Shown here: positions 61,401 through 64,000 of the stretch, in pieces | How positions within the stretch are numbered: position 1 is the stretch's first letter | How the letters are laid out: each line of letters opens with the position of its first letter | Assembly: GCA_036489235.1 (NCBI GenBank) | Contig: DASXGC010000073.1 | Span: 1,095 to 65,094 of the forward strand | Source of the DNA: Vicinamibacterales bacterium | GTDB taxonomy: Bacteria > Acidobacteriota > Vicinamibacteria > Vicinamibacterales > CAVVIG01 | Length of the DNA: 64,000 nucleotides | Reading direction: 5' to 3' | Translations under genes and position numbers: made by a program | The notes under the pieces: generated by a model | What the model was told of the DNA's origin: nothing | Databases searched by the model: none | Seen by the model: the letters and a program-made list of their open reading frames with translations, nothing else

Positions 61401-62799
61401 CCTCGGCCGCCTCCACGACGCCAGGCTGTACCGTGACGCCCTGGCCTACAACGATCTCGGCAACTTGCGGATCACGATTTCTTGGGAACACGAAAGCAAG
61501 CCTGGCACGGAGATCGTTGCCACACTCGATTCGCACGGGCTGCCCGCCGCTTTCCCTGACATCAGGAAATACCTCACCGACAAAAACTCGAGCGAACCGA
61601 TCGCCGATCGCCAACCCGAAGATCGCCGATTGGACGCGCCTCTGGTGCAATGGGACACGCCGATTCCACCGCCGGAGGCGTACGAGATTCTCGCGAGGAT
61701 GTCCGCGTTCAAAGAGGCAACGGTCTACAAGGTCGGCCAGAGCTATCTCGGCAAGGACGTCTGGGCGATGGACCTGATGCCGCCGATCGAAGCGTCGCAC
61801 TGGTCGCAGGCCAAGCAGACGACGATGAAGCCGACGGTGGTGTATTCGGCGCGTCAACACGCCAACGAAGTGTCGTCAACCAGCCACGTCCTCAAGATGG
61901 CCGAGTTGCTGCTGACCGATCCGGCCTATCGCGACAAACTGAAAAAAGTGAATGTGGTCGTGCATCCGATCACCAATGCAGACGGCGCGCAACTCGCCTA
62001 CGATCTGCAGAAGATCAACCCCAACTTCATGCTCCACGCGGGGTACCTCGGCCCGCTCGGCGTCGATGTGGTCGCTGCGCAATGGGATCCCGATCCGATC
62101 TACCCGGATAGCGGCATCCGCCCCAAGATCTGGCGCACCTGGCTGCCAGACATTTTCCTGAATCCGCACGGCTACCCGTCGCACGAATGGGTGCAGATCT
62201 TTTCGGAGTATGCGGCCTGGGTGCGCACGCGCTCGGTCGAAACCCGCGACTACTGGACGATGCGCGGCTGGTGGATGCCGGGATTCGCGTGGCTCGACGA
62301 CCCACGGTATCCGCGTCACAAGGACGAGCAGATGAAGCTGCTCAACATGATCACCGACTACGCGAAAGCGGCGCCGGCGACCGTTGCTCTCAACGATCGC
62401 GCGTACGATCGCTACAAACGCTACAGCTTCGACTTCGACCAGAAGAACTTCAAGCTCGATTTCACCAACGGCGTGCTGATCTACAAGGCGATCAAGGGCG
62501 CGCGCGCCACGCCGACCAGCCAGGATTTTATGACCAGGCAGCCGAACGTCACGATCTGGGATGGTACGACGGAAGCGCCTGACGAAACGGCACGCGGCGA
62601 CTGGATGAAGCTGGTCGCCAACGCCGGGCTGCAATGGGACAAGGCGGTCCTCGACTATCTTGTCCAGGGCCACCACGAGGTCGAGCGCAAGGTCGAACTG
62701 TTCTGGAACGGCGTCAGCCTGTCGATGAACCGGCCGCGTCCGCCGAAGCCCCCGAAAACCGACGACGAAAAGAAGACGCCGTCGGACGATGGCAAGTAG
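58489..62799 (+). CDS. Giant secreted protein: ~900-aa uncharacterised N-terminal region with an internal duplication + C-terminal M14-like peptidase domain
   Basis: 1436 aa with a GTG start and signal peptide (MAKRLPLLALIIALSPLLGSG). M14-type HxxE is present (VYSARQHANEVSST), with a later His (FLNPHGYPSHEW). The tail is Lys/Pro-rich. Confidence 0.75.
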   Translation: MAKRLPLLALIIALSPLLGSGQRADPPAPGTALSDLFKPGVILQDRNGDEVIDFVDVRIVLPQHPSDSETAAAADVAARLGFETSAMNLPLAKVFQAAAVGSPAPAAPAAPQIFVGAKSLTGSGVTVEAIGGAGLKAGDGLVAAFTAGGKPAFALLGADDDGLNAAAVMLGGHLPYVWDQKGPTIDKIAADVKQFLAGKGITAASANATAVLVHRNGDGVERLTLDLQMANFGDVVKAQVALNQFKATSGRDPKRALSYVNVRTVLVRLRAPGSGAVPVDLPRAGATLAAADTASAPPPPRRPGGAAKENFDLSTFYANEGGLGDSDNNLIPDRVDVLLSAAGEGTSGVIDLAARLGLESTGMAIPIAKPPKAIQAPDTEPMLVLIGTEHPIIDDLIKSHKWTAPDLQPGDGDIEVVKKAFGEKSALVVTGGDAAGVNRAVQQLAETFPHIWQRGKDRTTLDDVEDDVRKFVAGRSPAGQAAMSLYKLDRLASELKGKDLASARVKVFVEKAEDGLAAVVRQQAAATIQAAAITVDVQNLDVQHGRSLVDEDFVIPSEVDAFWTTLRTKVIPSLKKRQPVSIEARLSEPPEVRKQVEQQARAELVKAGADDKATSVTVLSAYKQGYSWLYDVVRPALDGKAVDQITIRFAEIGPPAGWTQQGMYAPSRWLLELYPIDEILANELKIDLKKIHFEKAPIGSPAYEVTATARDGSVLFKRTFDPKFVERPFFDRFPDYEHVRVTTGWIKADVAGRTVIDERIETDPERFWDHFQAKTLPALYDHVMALSNGKPRPEDAPFFGELTVDLSMSEPDYRLPVDQEQISSMEALHEEIYFNTIHFFDVMGRFTRGAGLTYPGRIIPVMHPRADGKPGRARISITGFDAARPSVVVEYIERGGRTGEVRLDIPKIAVDRPQTLAARVRAGQDGVDRLDLRLKVDTEKDERDALVKRSDETRVDRTMISAEQANAVFTNLGRLHDARLYRDALAYNDLGNLRITISWEHESKPGTEIVATLDSHGLPAAFPDIRKYLTDKNSSEPIADRQPEDRRLDAPLVQWDTPIPPPEAYEILARMSAFKEATVYKVGQSYLGKDVWAMDLMPPIEASHWSQAKQTTMKPTVVYSARQHANEVSSTSHVLKMAELLLTDPAYRDKLKKVNVVVHPITNADGAQLAYDLQKINPNFMLHAGYLGPLGVDVVAAQWDPDPIYPDSGIRPKIWRTWLPDIFLNPHGYPSHEWVQIFSEYAAWVRTRSVETRDYWTMRGWWMPGFAWLDDPRYPRHKDEQMKLLNMITDYAKAAPATVALNDRAYDRYKRYSFDFDQKNFKLDFTNGVLIYKAIKGARATPTSQDFMTRQPNVTIWDGTTEAPDETARGDWMKLVANAGLQWDKAVLDYLVQGHHEVERKVELFWNGVSLSMNRPRPPKPPKTDDEKKTPSDDGK

Positions 62800-62853
62800 G
62801 TCAGGTCGGCTGGATAAGGGTGGTAGACCGGGCAGTTCAGGGAATTCGCGCGA

Positions 62854-63753
62854 TCACTGTTGCATCAGGCGCTTCGCGCTGATGACCCTCACGGGCGACT
62901 TCAGTGCCTGCAGTTCCGTCGGCTGCTGCTGAATCTTGCGCACGACGTCCATGCTGTCCATGGAGACGTATCCAAACGCCGCAGCGCCCTGGTTGTCGTC
63001 GAATCGCTTGCCGCCGTAATCGAGCGACGGTTGATTGTTCAAGAGGATGAAGAAGTCTGATGTCGCAGTATCAGCGTCAGCACCACGCGCCATCGAGACG
63101 ACGCCAACGCTGTGCCTGAGCCCGGTCACGCTGGTGCGCTCGAGTGGAATCGGCGGAAACGCCCTCGCCTTCATGTCGGGATTGATCCCGGCCTGGATGC
63201 ATTCGAGCAGCGGCCGATTCGGCAGGTTGACAACGTAGTTGTCCGCCCGCGTCGCGCGATGGAACCGGCCATTGTTGTAGAGGCCGCCATCGACGTATTT
63301 CAGGAAATTCGCCGAAGTCAGTGGCGCGTGCTGGCTGTCAACGGCGATGTCGATGTTGCCGAGTGACGTCTCGACCCGGACGACGACGCCATGAAAGAGC
63401 AGACCCGGGAAGCAATCGTCGCACGGCCCGACCATTTTCAGGCTCACGTTGCGTTCCACGCTTGCATCGACAGTAACTACGATTGCGCTCTCGACTGCCG
63501 TAAGAAAACCCGTGACGGCGTACCGCGCGTTATATGTTCCCGGCGGAAGTGAAATGTCGTAGCGGCCGCTCCGATCTGTGACGGCCGTTGACGGAACAAG
63601 CAGTTGCGCTGAGGTTACACTGACCTCGACGCCGGGGAGCGCGCCTCCACGGGCGTCGGTCACCGTGCCGGTGAGTCGGCCGTTGTGCTCTGGCGTTTGG
63701 GTCACGAGCGCTGGCAGAAACAGCGCCAGAATCAACGTGCGAATCAGCGACAT
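62854..63753 (-). CDS. Secreted CarboxypepD_reg-like domain fused to a cyclophilin-type peptidyl-prolyl isomerase
   Basis: The start is ATG 63753 or 63765; the ORF-track 63777 is a TTG. N-terminal signature [24 protein letters not shown]...[21 protein letters not shown]. The cyclophilin blocks are [20 protein letters not shown] and [21 protein letters not shown]. Confidence 0.8.
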   Translation of the reverse strand: MSLIRTLILALFLPALVTQTPEHNGRLTGTVTDARGGALPGVEVSVTSAQLLVPSTAVTDRSGRYDISLPPGTYNARYAVTGFLTAVESAIVVTVDASVERNVSLKMVGPCDDCFPGLLFHGVVVRVETSLGNIDIAVDSQHAPLTSANFLKYVDGGLYNNGRFHRATRADNYVVNLPNRPLLECIQAGINPDMKARAFPPIPLERTSVTGLRHSVGVVSMARGADADTATSDFFILLNNQPSLDYGGKRFDDNQGAAAFGYVSMDSMDVVRKIQQQPTELQALKSPVRVISAKRLMQQ

Positions 63754-63827
63754 GGTGCCCGCCATCCTATGCCACAAGCAAGTCGGGTGCTATCCTCTGC
63801 CTCTGTCGACTTTGCGCCCTCTGCACT

Positions 63828-64000
63828 ATGCGTATTGATATCAATTCTGATGTGGGCGAATCGTTCGGCGCCTACTCGATCGGCAACGACGCCGGCCTGT
63901 TTCGATCGATCACGTCGGCGAACGTCGCCGCGGGATTTCATGCCGGCGATCCGTCGGTGCTGCGGGCGACCATCCGGCTGGCGAAGGAGCACGGTGTCGC
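63828..64000 (+). CDS. pxpA: 5-oxoprolinase subunit A (LamB/YcsF family), N-terminal 57 aa (3' end outside window)
   Basis: Open frame from ATG 63828 to the window end. [42 protein letters not shown] matches the LamB/YcsF N-terminal signature. It is absent from the ORF track because it has no stop. Confidence 0.8.
   Translation, partial: MRIDINSDVGESFGAYSIGNDAGLFRSITSANVAAGFHAGDPSVLRATIRLAKEHGV

Overview
This is a 64 kb, high-GC, densely coding chromosomal segment. I saw no transposase, integrase, phage, CRISPR or rRNA signal. The gene content suggests an Acidobacteriota genome (inference only): three VWFA-related 'acidobacterial-type' proteins, seven proteins with a carboxypeptidase-regulatory-like (CarboxypepD_reg) domain, and many TPR fusions.

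Layout, in order:
- nuoN 3' end.
- An F0-only ATP synthase cluster (atpZ/atpI-like, atpB, atpE, atpF).
- A ~24 kb envelope locus. Four paralogous CarboxypepD_reg/TonB-dependent-receptor-like outer-membrane barrels are interleaved with alkaline-phosphatase-superfamily-TPR fusions, VWA proteins and TPR proteins.
- A beta-lactamase-fold/NamZ (DUF1343) fusion.
- An aerobic-respiration block split around tRNA-Glu(CUC). The minus strand carries an M23 peptidase, a cupredoxin lipoprotein, ctaA, ctaB and DUF420. The plus strand carries ctaD, ctaE, subunit IV, two small membrane ORFs and ctaC.
- Ornithine-cyclodeaminase-like, HDAC-like, proline-racemase-like, GGT, CyaY, VWA, SGNH hydrolase, FTR1 permease, OsmC and DUF1624-like genes.
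- Two very large M14-type peptidase-like proteins flanking an orphan DGQHR (DndB-like) gene and rmlBAC.
- A CarboxypepD_reg-cyclophilin fusion and the start of pxpA.

Most worth a second look:
- The iterated barrel / AP-superfamily-TPR / VWA module.
- The T-x-P-x-H (not C/S-x-P-x-R) active-site motif in the 'sulfatase-like' fusions.
- The non-canonical cox gene order, with a CxxC mini-protein coupled to ctaC and a cupredoxin next to ctaAB.
- Structured repeats around ctaA: a 33-bp in-frame tandem repeat, a heptamer array with a 21-bp inverted repeat, and a 26-bp duplication.
- Dispersed TAGTGTCCG-type hairpin repeats.
- A 25-bp divergent gap that looks like back-to-back leaderless promoters.
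- The orphan DGQHR gene.
- A 1436-aa M14-like protein with an internal ~155-aa duplication.

All family assignments come from motif recognition by eye. No database search or folding computation was possible.
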